This document shows, piece by piece, positions 45,564 through 61,824 of a stretch of 61,824 nt of DNA (positions are counted from its first letter, which is position 1; every line of letters starts with the position of its first letter). The translations under genes were made by a program, and so were the position numbers. Source of the stretch: Kiritimatiellia bacterium (GTDB taxonomy: Bacteria > Verrucomicrobiota > Kiritimatiellia > RFP12 > UBA1067); contig JAZQPI010000012.1 in NCBI GenBank assembly GCA_045628545.1, positions 1-61,824 of the forward strand, read 5' to 3'. The notes below the pieces were generated by a model, which was not told where the DNA came from, did not search any database, and saw only the letters and a program-made list of their open reading frames with translations.

Positions 45564-46721
45564 TCAGCGGCTCCACACCGGCGTGATCCACTTCCCCTGC
45601 GCGTTAAAGAGCTTCACCGGCTTCGCCGCCGCGCCGTCCGCGGTCAGCGTGTCGACGGCGAAGAGCGCCCCGTCGCGCGAGGCCACGAGCGTCCGCGCGT
45701 CACGCGACCAGCTCGGGTGCTCCCAGTTCCCGGCGTCCGTCACGAGCTTGACGGACCGCTCGCCCTCCGCCGGCTCGATCACGGCCACCTGCGCTCCGCC
45801 GTTGCGCTTGGTGATGTAGGTGATGCGTCCGTCCGGGCCCCAGTCCGGATCGACGTTCTGCGTCCCGGCCGAGGTCAGCCGGCGTTTCGCCTTCGTCGCC
45901 ACGTTGATCACGTAGACGTGCTGGCGGCGGCTCTCGTCGGAGACGTAGGCGATCTCGCGTCCGTCGGGACTCCAGGTGGGCTGGCCCTCGCTCGCCCCTT
46001 TCGTGAAGGTCAGGCGCTCTAACTTGCCGCCGCTCAGGACATAGAGTTCGGGGTTCCCCTGAAAGGACGCCGCGATGGCGACCTTGCGTCCGTCGGGCGA
46101 GACGACCGCCGGCGAGGCGACGCCGCGGATGTTCCACGCGAGCCGCCGCTTGCCCGTCGCGACGTCGAGTTCGTAGATCTGCTGGCCGCCGGTCAGATAA
46201 CCCACGTAGTAGATCGTCTGCGCGTTCTTCCAGCGCGGCCCGAGGGCGATCTTGCCGTCGTGCGTCAGCATCTCCACGTCCTGTCCGTCGGGATAACCCT
46301 GGCAGATTTCGGACCCGGACGTCCCCTTCTTGACGAAGGCGATGCGGTCGCAGGCGAAGCCCTTGTGGTCCGCGTAGGCCTTGCACATGGCGTCGCTCAG
46401 CTGACGGGCGGACATGCGCAGGGACTTCGCGTCCGTCCCCGACGCGCCCACGGTGACGGCCTTGCCGGCGCCTTCGGCCTTGACGGACGAGCCGGCCACG
46501 CCGCTGACGCGGACCGATCCGCCGCGGCCCACCACGAAGGCGCCCGAGAGCTCCAGGTTGCGCTGGAGGCAGCGGGCGAAATCGGCGTTGGCGACATCAA
46601 TGGTGACGGTCAGCTTCTCCGCTCCGACGCCCGAGACGTCGACCCGCGTCTTCCCCGCCGCGAAACCCGCGAACGGAACCGACAGACAGCCCAGAGCCAG
46701 ACAGACAGCAAAACGATTCAC
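45564..46721 (-). CDS. TolB-like periplasmic beta-propeller protein
   Basis: Signal peptide; PD40 repeats SPDGRKVA, PTWSPDGREIAYVSD, PDWGPDG, PSWS; ends TPVWSR. GTG start with GGAGG. Confidence 0.82.
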   Translation of the reverse strand: MNRFAVCLALGCLSVPFAGFAAGKTRVDVSGVGAEKLTVTIDVANADFARCLQRNLELSGAFVVGRGGSVRVSGVAGSSVKAEGAGKAVTVGASGTDAKSLRMSARQLSDAMCKAYADHKGFACDRIAFVKKGTSGSEICQGYPDGQDVEMLTHDGKIALGPRWKNAQTIYYVGYLTGGQQIYELDVATGKRRLAWNIRGVASPAVVSPDGRKVAIAASFQGNPELYVLSGGKLERLTFTKGASEGQPTWSPDGREIAYVSDESRRQHVYVINVATKAKRRLTSAGTQNVDPDWGPDGRITYITKRNGGAQVAVIEPAEGERSVKLVTDAGNWEHPSWSRDARTLVASRDGALFAVDTLTADGAAAKPVKLFNAQGKWITPVWSR

Positions 46722-46753
46722 GATTCCTCCTCCCCGCCGCGGCGCCCCGTGTC

Positions 46754-47974
46754 TCAGGTCGTGTAGTCGGCGTTGATATGTACGTAATCCAGCGAAAAAT
46801 CGCAGGTGTAGACACTCGATTCGCCCGTGCCGAGGTGCAGGTCGACCGTCACCTCGAAGGCATCCTTTTTCAGGACCTCGGCCAGTTTCGCGAGCTGCGC
46901 CTCGTCCGCGACCTGTCCGCGGCGGAACGCCCAGACGCGGTCGTAGAAGACCTCGGCGCGCATGTCCTCGACCGCCGCGCCGGAATAGCCGACGGCTGCG
47001 AGGACCCGTCCCCAGTTGGGGTCGCGTCCGAACCAGCTCGTCTTCGCGAGCGGACTCTTCGCCACGGCGCGCGCGGCGCGCGCGGCGTCCTTCTCGCTCC
47101 TGGCGCCGCGCACCGTCACCGTGACGAACTTCGTCGCGCCTTCGCCGTCCGTCGCCATCTGGCGGGCGAGCGAGACGCACACCGCCTCCAGGGCGGCGCG
47201 GAAGGCCTCGAAGTCCTCGCCGCCGCGGACGATCTCGGCGTTGCCCGCCTTGCCGCTCGCGAGGAGAAAGACCGAATCGTTCGTCGACTCGTCGCCGTCG
47301 ACGACCAGGCGGGTGGAGCTCTTGGCGGTCGCGAGGCGCAGGGCCTGGCGCAGCATCCGCGGCGAAACCGCCGCGTCCGTCGTGATGAAGCCGAGCATCG
47401 TCGCCATGTTGGGCTCGATCATGCCCGAGCCCTTCGACATGCCGCCGACCGTCACCTTGCGCCCGCCGACGGTCACCGTCGCGCAGGCCTGTTTCGGACG
47501 CGTGTCGGTCGTCATCACGGCCTTTTCGGCCGCGAGGCCGTGGTCGGGAGTGCGACCGAGGGACTTCGCCGCGGCGCTCATGCCCGCGAGCAGGCGGTCC
47601 ATCGGGAGCCGCCGGCCGATGACGCCGGTCGACGCGACGAGGACATGCTTGGGGTCGACGCCGAGTTCGCCCGCCGTGGCGAGCGCGGAAAGCTCCGCGT
47701 CCTTAAGTCCGTCCGCGCCCGTGCAGGCGTTCGCGCAGCCCGAGTTGGCGAGGATCGCCTGGACCCGGCCGCCGCGGATGACCGCGCGGTCGTAGAGGAC
47801 GGGTGCGGCGGCGACCTTGTTGGTCGTGAAGACGGCCGCCGCCGCGCACGGCTCGTCCGCGACGACGAGCGCGACATCGGGACGGCCTTCGTACTTGATC
47901 CGCGCCGCGACGCCCGCGGCACGGAACCCCTTCGCGGAACAGACGCCGCCCGCGCACAGCCGAACCTTCCGCAT
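46754..47974 (-). CDS. argJ: Ornithine acetyltransferase / N-acetylglutamate synthase
   Basis: NSGCANACTG, STGVIG, MTTDT, KGSGMI.PNMATML, VDGD.STND, DGEGATK, DPNWGR, INADYTT. Confidence 0.96.
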   Translation of the reverse strand: MRKVRLCAGGVCSAKGFRAAGVAARIKYEGRPDVALVVADEPCAAAAVFTTNKVAAAPVLYDRAVIRGGRVQAILANSGCANACTGADGLKDAELSALATAGELGVDPKHVLVASTGVIGRRLPMDRLLAGMSAAAKSLGRTPDHGLAAEKAVMTTDTRPKQACATVTVGGRKVTVGGMSKGSGMIEPNMATMLGFITTDAAVSPRMLRQALRLATAKSSTRLVVDGDESTNDSVFLLASGKAGNAEIVRGGEDFEAFRAALEAVCVSLARQMATDGEGATKFVTVTVRGARSEKDAARAARAVAKSPLAKTSWFGRDPNWGRVLAAVGYSGAAVEDMRAEVFYDRVWAFRRGQVADEAQLAKLAEVLKKDAFEVTVDLHLGTGESSVYTCDFSLDYVHINADYTT

Positions 47975-47978
47975 GACC

Positions 47979-52337
<4,359 letters not shown>

Positions 52338-52385
52338 AGCTCAAAGTTCCTTTCCAAGATTTCGTTTCCTCGCGTTCGGACTCCC

Positions 52386-56309
<3,924 letters not shown>

Positions 56310-56429
56310 TGTTAGCTTACCCCTTTAGTGAATGAAAAAACGAAAAACGACAATAAAACACCACAATAGCACCTGAAGTGTGGGAAGCAACCACTTTGTT
56401 AACTGTGCGCTATTTGCAATATTCTTATC

Positions 56430-56459
56430 AGTATATCAAATTTCTACGGTCAAAGTCAA
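56430..56459 (-). promoter_or_regulatory. Dedicated rpoBC promoter
   Basis: TTGACT (56459-56454), 18-bp spacer, extended -10 TGATATACT (56438-56430), in an AT-rich intergenic region. Confidence 0.65.
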
Positions 56460-56545
56460 CCCCCCAAAAAAATCGCATGTGGAGGTTTGGGTGGGCAAGG
56501 CCGAGGTCTGACGCGAGAATGAGCGGCATCCATATTACGCCGGTC

Positions 56546-57751
56546 TCATTCGATGACCATGAACGCCGGGAGTCCGCGCACCTCGCCGAAGCCGGGAAGC
56601 GCACGCAATTCGCCGAGGTCTTCGGCGCACAGACGGATGACGGTGTAATCCGACAGGACTTTGCGCACACGCGGATCGGCAAACGCCGCGCGATCCATCG
56701 CCGCACAGTTCTTGCACCAGCTCGCCCAACAGTCGACGAAGACTGGACGCGCAGCGTCCGCAAGCGTCCGCTCGAACGTCTTCGGGACGGCCGTCAGCAC
56801 GCCGTCAGACTGCCGTCCGGCCCCTGCGCCAGCGGAAAATCCGACAACGGCCAGACGACCGTAGTAAAGCGCAAGCACCGCCACCACCGCGGCAAAGGCT
56901 CGGTTGACCCACCGCATCCAGGCTCCGGGACGCGGCAGAACGCGCAGACCCGCGCCGACCAGCGGCCAGGGGAGGGCCATGCCGACGCCCACGGCGAACG
57001 GCAGGGCCAGCGCGGCCCAGTCGCCCCGTCCGAAGCGGTCCGCCGTCAACAGCAGAACGGACACTAGGATCGGCCCCACGCACGCCCCGGCCAACACGGC
57101 ACTCATGACGCCGGAGACGAACGCGAAACCGTCCGACAACCGCCTCTCCGCATTGCCCCCCCTCGGACGGAAGCGCGAGAAGTCAATCCGCCAGACTCCC
57201 GCCAACGCCAGGGCAAGCGCGGCAAAGACCGCCGCGACCGCGGCGTTAAACCAGGGACTGGACTGCACGACGCCAAACGCAAGACCGCCCACGGCCGCCA
57301 ACAGGCCGAGCGTCCCGTAGGCAATGGCGATTCCCAGCGCGTACCAGGCGCCGCGCCGGACAGAACGCCCGATGATCATCAGGTTGACCGGCACGAGCGG
57401 CAAGACGCACGGCGTGAGGTTCATCGCCAGCCCGCCAAGAATCGCCAGCAGCAAGACCAGCCCAAGCGAAAGGGTCCGCATTTCCGCGTCTGCGGCGGAT
57501 TCCCCTCCCGCCAGAAAGCCCAGCAGTTCGTCGGCATCCATATAGCCCTGCCCGAGTCGTCCGCCGGTTGCCGCGGACGGCTCCCCTGCCGCTTCCTCGC
57601 CCGGCATAACGGCATCCTCGTCGGCCAGGCGGCAGACTCCGTCCTCGCAGACATAGCGGACGCCGTTGACGACCGTCACCTCCGCCGATGCAGACAAGGC
57701 AAGGAGAACACCTGCGGCAAAGGCCAGACAACTCCGGCGCGAAATCCTCAT
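56546..57751 (-). CDS. DsbD/CcdA-type thiol:disulfide interchange protein with C-terminal thioredoxin domain
   Basis: NLTPCVLPLVP, GACVGPIL, LPRPGAWM, WASWCKNC; short N-terminal region with a C-x3-C pair (YVCEDGVC). Confidence 0.85.
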   Translation of the reverse strand: MRISRRSCLAFAAGVLLALSASAEVTVVNGVRYVCEDGVCRLADEDAVMPGEEAAGEPSAATGGRLGQGYMDADELLGFLAGGESAADAEMRTLSLGLVLLLAILGGLAMNLTPCVLPLVPVNLMIIGRSVRRGAWYALGIAIAYGTLGLLAAVGGLAFGVVQSSPWFNAAVAAVFAALALALAGVWRIDFSRFRPRGGNAERRLSDGFAFVSGVMSAVLAGACVGPILVSVLLLTADRFGRGDWAALALPFAVGVGMALPWPLVGAGLRVLPRPGAWMRWVNRAFAAVVAVLALYYGRLAVVGFSAGAGAGRQSDGVLTAVPKTFERTLADAARPVFVDCWASWCKNCAAMDRAAFADPRVRKVLSDYTVIRLCAEDLGELRALPGFGEVRGLPAFMVIE

Positions 57752-58254
57752 GGCACCGGTCTCGACACGGTCGGCGCGGCGTCGGAGGTCGCGGATACGG
57801 CAGCGGGGACGCGGATGACCTGGCCGATGCGCAGCCGCGCCAGGGTCGTCGGATCCGTCCCGTTGCGCTCGGCAAGTTCGCGGGCGGTCACGCCGTACCG
57901 CTTGGCGAGGCCGGAGAGCGTGTCCCCGGTGCGGACCCTGTAGTCAATCCAGCCGTCATCAGCGGACTTCCCAGGAGTCAAGGCAGGAACCGTCGAGACG
58001 GTCTTCCCGGGGGTCGAGGCCGAAGCCGTCGAGGCGGCCTTCGTCCCCGAGACCTCGTCAGCGCACCCCGAGTCGGCCGTGGGCGCGTCCTCCGCCACCG
58101 CCCCGTCGGCCTTAGCGCACTCCGGTCCGGATGCCGAGGTGCAGCCGCCGGCAACGGCGAACACGACCAGCCCGTGAAAGGCCAGACTCAAGGTCAACGC
58201 GAAAATCCACCGTCCAATCTGTGCGATGCTCATGCCTGTACGCTCCGTTTCCAT
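57748..58254 (-). CDS. Membrane-anchored LysM peptidoglycan-binding protein
   Basis: N-terminal TM helix, low-complexity linker, LysM YRVRTGDTLSGLAKRYGVT..ELA..N......LRIGQVIRVP. Confidence 0.88.
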   Translation of the reverse strand: METERTGMSIAQIGRWIFALTLSLAFHGLVVFAVAGGCTSASGPECAKADGAVAEDAPTADSGCADEVSGTKAASTASASTPGKTVSTVPALTPGKSADDGWIDYRVRTGDTLSGLAKRYGVTARELAERNGTDPTTLARLRIGQVIRVPAAVSATSDAAPTVSRPVP

Positions 58255-58266
58255 TCATTCGCCAAC

Positions 58267-58275
58267 ATTATACCA
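58267..58275 (-). promoter_or_regulatory. Extended -10 promoter element (TGGTATAAT) for LysM-dsbD-like
   Basis: Exact TGNTATAAT 12 nt upstream of the ATG at 58254. Confidence 0.65.
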
Positions 58276-58296
58276 AATTTCGCCTTCTCACGGCCG

Positions 58297-59040
58297 TCAG
58301 TAGAAGACTTTCCAGAGGAAAAGGCCGCGGGCGGGGGCGGTTTCGACGCGGGCCGTGCGCGGCGCGTGCGCCTCCAGGAGCTCGGTCACGGCCTCGGGAC
58401 GTTCGTTGCCCTTGCCGACCGAGATCAGGAAGCCCACCATCGAACGGACCTGCTTGTAGAGGAAGCCGTCGCCGCGCACGACGAACACGTGGCGGTGGCC
58501 GCTGCGGCGCACGTCGAACGAGAAGATGGTGCGCACCGTCGTCTCCAGCTCGCGGTTCGGATTCGCCGAGAAGGACGCGAAGTCGTGGCGGCCGACGAAC
58601 CGCGCCGCGGCCGCCCGCATCGCCGCGAGGTCGAGCGGACGGTGGCAGAACGTCCAGTAGGGCGCGAGGTCGGGCGGGAGGATGTCCGACTGGTAGAGCT
58701 GGTAGCGGTATTCCTTGCCCTTCGCCGAGAGCCGCGCGTCGAACGACTCCTTCGCGTACGCCGCGCGCAGGACGCGCACCGCGTCGGGCAGGCGCGAGTT
58801 CATCGCCCGCACGAGGTTCTTCGGCGGAATCGGCTTCGTCAGGTGGAAGTGGCCGACGAAGCCCTTGGCGTGGACGCCAGCGTCCGTCCGCGAGCTGCCG
58901 AAGACGCGGACCGGCCCGCCTTCCAGATACTGCAGCGCCTCTTCGACGACCTGCTGGATGCCGAGGGCGTTCTCCTGGTACTGCCAGCCCGAGTAGGCCG
59001 TGCCGTCATACGCGATAACGACTTTGTACTTCCGCTTCAT
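58297..59040 (-). CDS. truA: tRNA pseudouridine(38-40) synthase
   Basis: IAYDGT.YSGWQ, SSRTDAGVHA, G.HDFASF, GDGFLYKQVR.MVG, TAPARGL.L. The ATG at 59040 overlaps the feoB stop. Confidence 0.96.
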   Translation of the reverse strand: MKRKYKVVIAYDGTAYSGWQYQENALGIQQVVEEALQYLEGGPVRVFGSSRTDAGVHAKGFVGHFHLTKPIPPKNLVRAMNSRLPDAVRVLRAAYAKESFDARLSAKGKEYRYQLYQSDILPPDLAPYWTFCHRPLDLAAMRAAAARFVGRHDFASFSANPNRELETTVRTIFSFDVRRSGHRHVFVVRGDGFLYKQVRSMVGFLISVGKGNERPEAVTELLEAHAPRTARVETAPARGLFLWKVFY

Positions 59041-61172
59041 ACGCAGTCCACCCGATGCCGCCGGCCGTAGACCCAGAACACGCCGTACATCGCCGCGACC
59101 ACGCCCGCGCCGACCGCGCCCCAGAAAACGCTCCCCGAAACGAAGACGGCGTGATAGACCGTCGCGACCGACCAGCCGAGCGCCGTCAGGTAGGCGACGA
59201 AGACCGCCCCGTAAAACCGGCCAACCTCCTTGAACACCACGGCCGTCGCGCCGATGCACGGCACGTAGAGGAGAATGAAGAGCAGATAGGCGAAGACCTG
59301 GTGGAACCCCTTAGGGAAATGCCGCCGGAAGACGTCCTTCGCCTCGCCGTCCTGCGCGTAAAGTCCGTTCATCGTGCCGATCACGGACTCCTTCGCGAAC
59401 AGCCCCGTGAAGACGGCGACGGAAGCCGGCCAGTTGTCCGCCTCCACGCCGATCGGCGCGAAGACGGGAGTCAGCCGCTGGCCCACGGCCTCCAGCAGCG
59501 TCGCCTGCCGCTCGGACCGTCCGTCGCGCGGCGGACGGATTTCGCCCGTCACCTCGACCGTGTTCAGGACTCCGAGGACGAGCATCATCGGGACGATGAA
59601 CTTGCCCGCGCGCCAGAGGAACCCCCAGAGACGCTCCCACGTGTGCAGCAGGATGTGCTTCGGCCGCGGCAGATGGTACGGCGGCAGCTCCATGATGAAG
59701 TGCGCCGGCTCGCCGCGGAAGAGCGTCCGCTTGAGGACGAGCCCCGAAAGCGTCCCGAGGCCGATGCCGATGAGGTAGAGCGCCGTCATCATCTTCCACG
59801 GCGCGTCAGGGGCGAACACCGCGGCGAACGCCGCGTAGACCGGCAGCTTCGCGCCGCAGCTCATGAACGGAATCATGAAGATCGTGAGGAAGCGGTCGCG
59901 CTTCGACTCCAGCGCGCGCGTGGCCAGGATCGCCGGCACCGAGCAGCCGAAGCCGACGAGCATGGGCACGAAGCTCTTGCCCGGCAGGCCCATCCAGCGC
60001 ATGAAGCGGTCCATCAGAAACGCCGCGCGCGCCATGTAGCCAGAATCCTCCAGCACCGACAGGCAGAGGAACATGAAGAAGACGACGGGCACGAACGAGA
60101 CGAGCACCGTGAGCGCCCCGCCCACGGCCGTCGGCACGAGCGAGACGATCCAGTCCGGCGTCGCGGCCGGAAGCGCCGCCGCGGGCAAGTCGACGAACAG
60201 CCGGCTCGCCGCCGCCTCGAAGGCCGCCGTCAGTCCGCCGCCCACGTACTCGACCAGGAAGAACACCAGCCCCATCACCGCGAGGAACAGCGGAATGCCG
60301 AGGAACCGGTTGAGGACGAACCGGTCGATCCATTCGCTCACGTCGATCTTGCTGCGCGTGCGGCGGACGACGTCGTGGGCGAGGCCGGCGATGATGCCAT
60401 AGCGCGCCTCGGCGAGCTCGATGTCCGGCGGATCCGCCAAAACCTTCGTGACGCGCTCGACCGCGCCGTCGATCACCTCCGGCGCCATATCGTGATAGGC
60501 CTCGAGCTTCTGGCGGATGAGCGGATCGCCCTCGAGCGCCTTCAGCGCGACCCATTGCGGACTCACCTTCAGCGCCGCTGCGGTCTTGATCGTGCAGGAC
60601 GAGAGGATGTCGATCTCCTGTTCGAGCTCGTTGCCGTATTCGAGCCGGACGGTCGGCACCTTCGCCGCTTCAATCGCCTTCGCCAGCTCCCGGCGGAGCC
60701 GCGCGAGGTCGTTCGCGTTGTTCGCGTTGACGCCGATGACGGGCACGCCGAGATGCGTGGCCAGATGGTCGAGCTCGATGACGATGTTGCGCCGCCGCGC
60801 GATGTCCATCATCGTGACCACGAGCACCATCGGCACCTTCAGCTCGCACATCAAGAGCGTGAGATAGAGGTTGCGTTCGAGCGTCGTCGCGTCGAGGACG
60901 TTGACGTAAAGGTCGGCCTCGTGCGAAAGGACGTACTCCAGCGAGGCTCGCTCGTCCTCGCTCGCGGCCGTCAGCGAATAGACTCCCGGCAGGTCGACGA
61001 TCTTGACGGGGCCGACGCCGCTCAGACACGCGCCGCCCTCCTTCTTCTCGACGGTCACGCCCGGCCAGTTGCCGATGTGCTGCTTCGAGCCGGTCAGCGC
61101 GTTGAAAAGCGTCGTCTTGCCGCAATTCGGATTGCCGATCAGCCCGATGGTCCTGAGTTTCGCCGCCGCCAT
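59037..61172 (-). CDS. feoB: Ferrous iron transporter B
   Basis: G1 GNPNCGKT, NWPGVTVE, DLPG.YSL, LEDSGYM.R.AF, GFGCSVP, PFMSC, MELPPY..P, LY.PC. Confidence 0.97.
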   Translation of the reverse strand: MAAAKLRTIGLIGNPNCGKTTLFNALTGSKQHIGNWPGVTVEKKEGGACLSGVGPVKIVDLPGVYSLTAASEDERASLEYVLSHEADLYVNVLDATTLERNLYLTLLMCELKVPMVLVVTMMDIARRRNIVIELDHLATHLGVPVIGVNANNANDLARLRRELAKAIEAAKVPTVRLEYGNELEQEIDILSSCTIKTAAALKVSPQWVALKALEGDPLIRQKLEAYHDMAPEVIDGAVERVTKVLADPPDIELAEARYGIIAGLAHDVVRRTRSKIDVSEWIDRFVLNRFLGIPLFLAVMGLVFFLVEYVGGGLTAAFEAAASRLFVDLPAAALPAATPDWIVSLVPTAVGGALTVLVSFVPVVFFMFLCLSVLEDSGYMARAAFLMDRFMRWMGLPGKSFVPMLVGFGCSVPAILATRALESKRDRFLTIFMIPFMSCGAKLPVYAAFAAVFAPDAPWKMMTALYLIGIGLGTLSGLVLKRTLFRGEPAHFIMELPPYHLPRPKHILLHTWERLWGFLWRAGKFIVPMMLVLGVLNTVEVTGEIRPPRDGRSERQATLLEAVGQRLTPVFAPIGVEADNWPASVAVFTGLFAKESVIGTMNGLYAQDGEAKDVFRRHFPKGFHQVFAYLLFILLYVPCIGATAVVFKEVGRFYGAVFVAYLTALGWSVATVYHAVFVSGSVFWGAVGAGVVAAMYGVFWVYGRRHRVDCV

Positions 61173-61188
61173 GTCCGCGCCCCGCCCT

Positions 61189-61434
61189 TCAGGCGACTTC
61201 GCTCACCGCCAGCCGGCGGACCTTGATGACGCCGACCTCGTCCTTCCGCAGCGAAAGGTGGTAGCCGCGAACGGCGATCTCGAACGGATCCCCGAGCGGC
61301 GCGACGTTAATGACCTTGAGCTGCGTGCCGCGGATCAGTCCGAGGGCCAGCAGCTTCGCCCGATAGGCGGCGTTCCCGAGCGTATATCCGACGATCTCGG
61401 CGAACTCGCCGCTCTTCATGTCTGCAAGCGTCAT
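61189..61434 (-). CDS. feoA: Ferrous iron transport protein A
   Basis: KLLALGL..G, APLGDP..I.VRGY.LSLRK.E. An alternative TTG start lies at 61470. Confidence 0.92.
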   Translation of the reverse strand: MTLADMKSGEFAEIVGYTLGNAAYRAKLLALGLIRGTQLKVINVAPLGDPFEIAVRGYHLSLRKDEVGVIKVRRLAVSEVA

Positions 61435-61504
61435 TTGACCTTTCAACCCATCCTCAAGAATCAATCCCAATCCATGTGATTTAACTCACGCTAACATACC
61501 GTAA

Positions 61505-61533
61505 AGTTTACCAAATTTCAGACGAATTGACAA
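61505..61533 (-). promoter_or_regulatory. feoAB promoter
   Basis: TTGTCA (61533-61528), 17-bp spacer, TAAACT (61510-61505) preceded by TGG. Confidence 0.6.
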
Positions 61534-61557
61534 GTGGCAATGGGGATTTTTGTGCGA

Positions 61558-61590
61558 AAGGCGCGCGGTCCTTGAGGGACTGCGCGCCTT
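61558..61590 (-). terminator. GC-rich hairpin downstream of the 16S gene (putative rRNA transcript terminator)
   Basis: AAGGCGCGC/GCGCGCCTT outer stem plus GTCC/GGAC inner stem; only a short T tract. Confidence 0.55.
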
Positions 61591-61712
61591 GGCCGGTCCG
61601 GATGCATGAGAGAACAGAGACGTTTGCGCGGAACTTTGTTGATAACCATCCGCTTGCGCGGACGTCTTCACCTTCTCCTCCTCCGCCCGAAGGCGCCGGA
61701 GGATGTCTCCTT

Positions 61713-61824
61713 AGAAAGGAGGTGATCCAACCGCTGGTTCCCCAACGGTTACCTTGTTACGACTTCATCCCAATCACCACCCACACCTTAGGCGGACAAA
61801 TGCCCGACTTCGGGTGCAGACGGC
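61713..61824 (-). rRNA. rrs: 16S rRNA, 3' end (partial, runs off the window)
   Basis: The plus strand reads AGAAAGGAGGTGATCCAACCG...GGTTACCTTGTTACGACTT, the complement of the anti-SD, helix 45 and the 1492R site. Confidence 0.98.

Noticed and set aside
60800-60820. FeoB G4 motif reads TMMD instead of NxxD
   Set aside because: All other GTPase motifs are intact and I recall T-for-N variants in other FeoB proteins. Not enough to claim altered nucleotide use.

Overview
High-GC bacterial chromosomal segment in which every supportable gene lies on the minus strand. The long plus-strand ORFs are antisense shadows. Gene content and the 16S 3' end suggest a PVC-superphylum organism, probably Kiritimatiellia/Lentisphaeria-like (inference, not searched). 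In transcription order (right to left): the 3' end of a 16S rRNA gene with no 23S or tRNA after it, feoAB-truA, LysM-dsbD-like, rpoB-rpoC-argJ-tolB-like-gatC-gatA-HNH, an FAD oxidoreductase, hom-lysC-maf-folB, parE-[SBP/permease]-[lytic transglycosylase-like]-parC, gatB (fused to a lipoprotein module)-trmJ-topA-xerC-fabH-like, a GH2/HGSNAT/PL8 glycan locus, miaB, a 1876-aa surface protein paired with an 8-stranded beta-barrel, a small exported protein-folE-pdxK-NAGPA, and terB-like-fkp-manC-folC. The best candidates for undescribed biology are: (1) the giant surface protein plus long-looped barrel operon; (2) GatB fused in frame to a lipoprotein; (3) an EAA-loop-less permease and a muramidase translationally coupled between parE and parC; (4) a TopA with a non-zinc triple-repeat C-terminus; (5) a 62-bp palindromic element present twice; (6) the unlinked 16S gene with a short helix 44. 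Several substitutions in invariant motifs look like sequencing errors. All calls come from reading motifs by eye; no database search was run.
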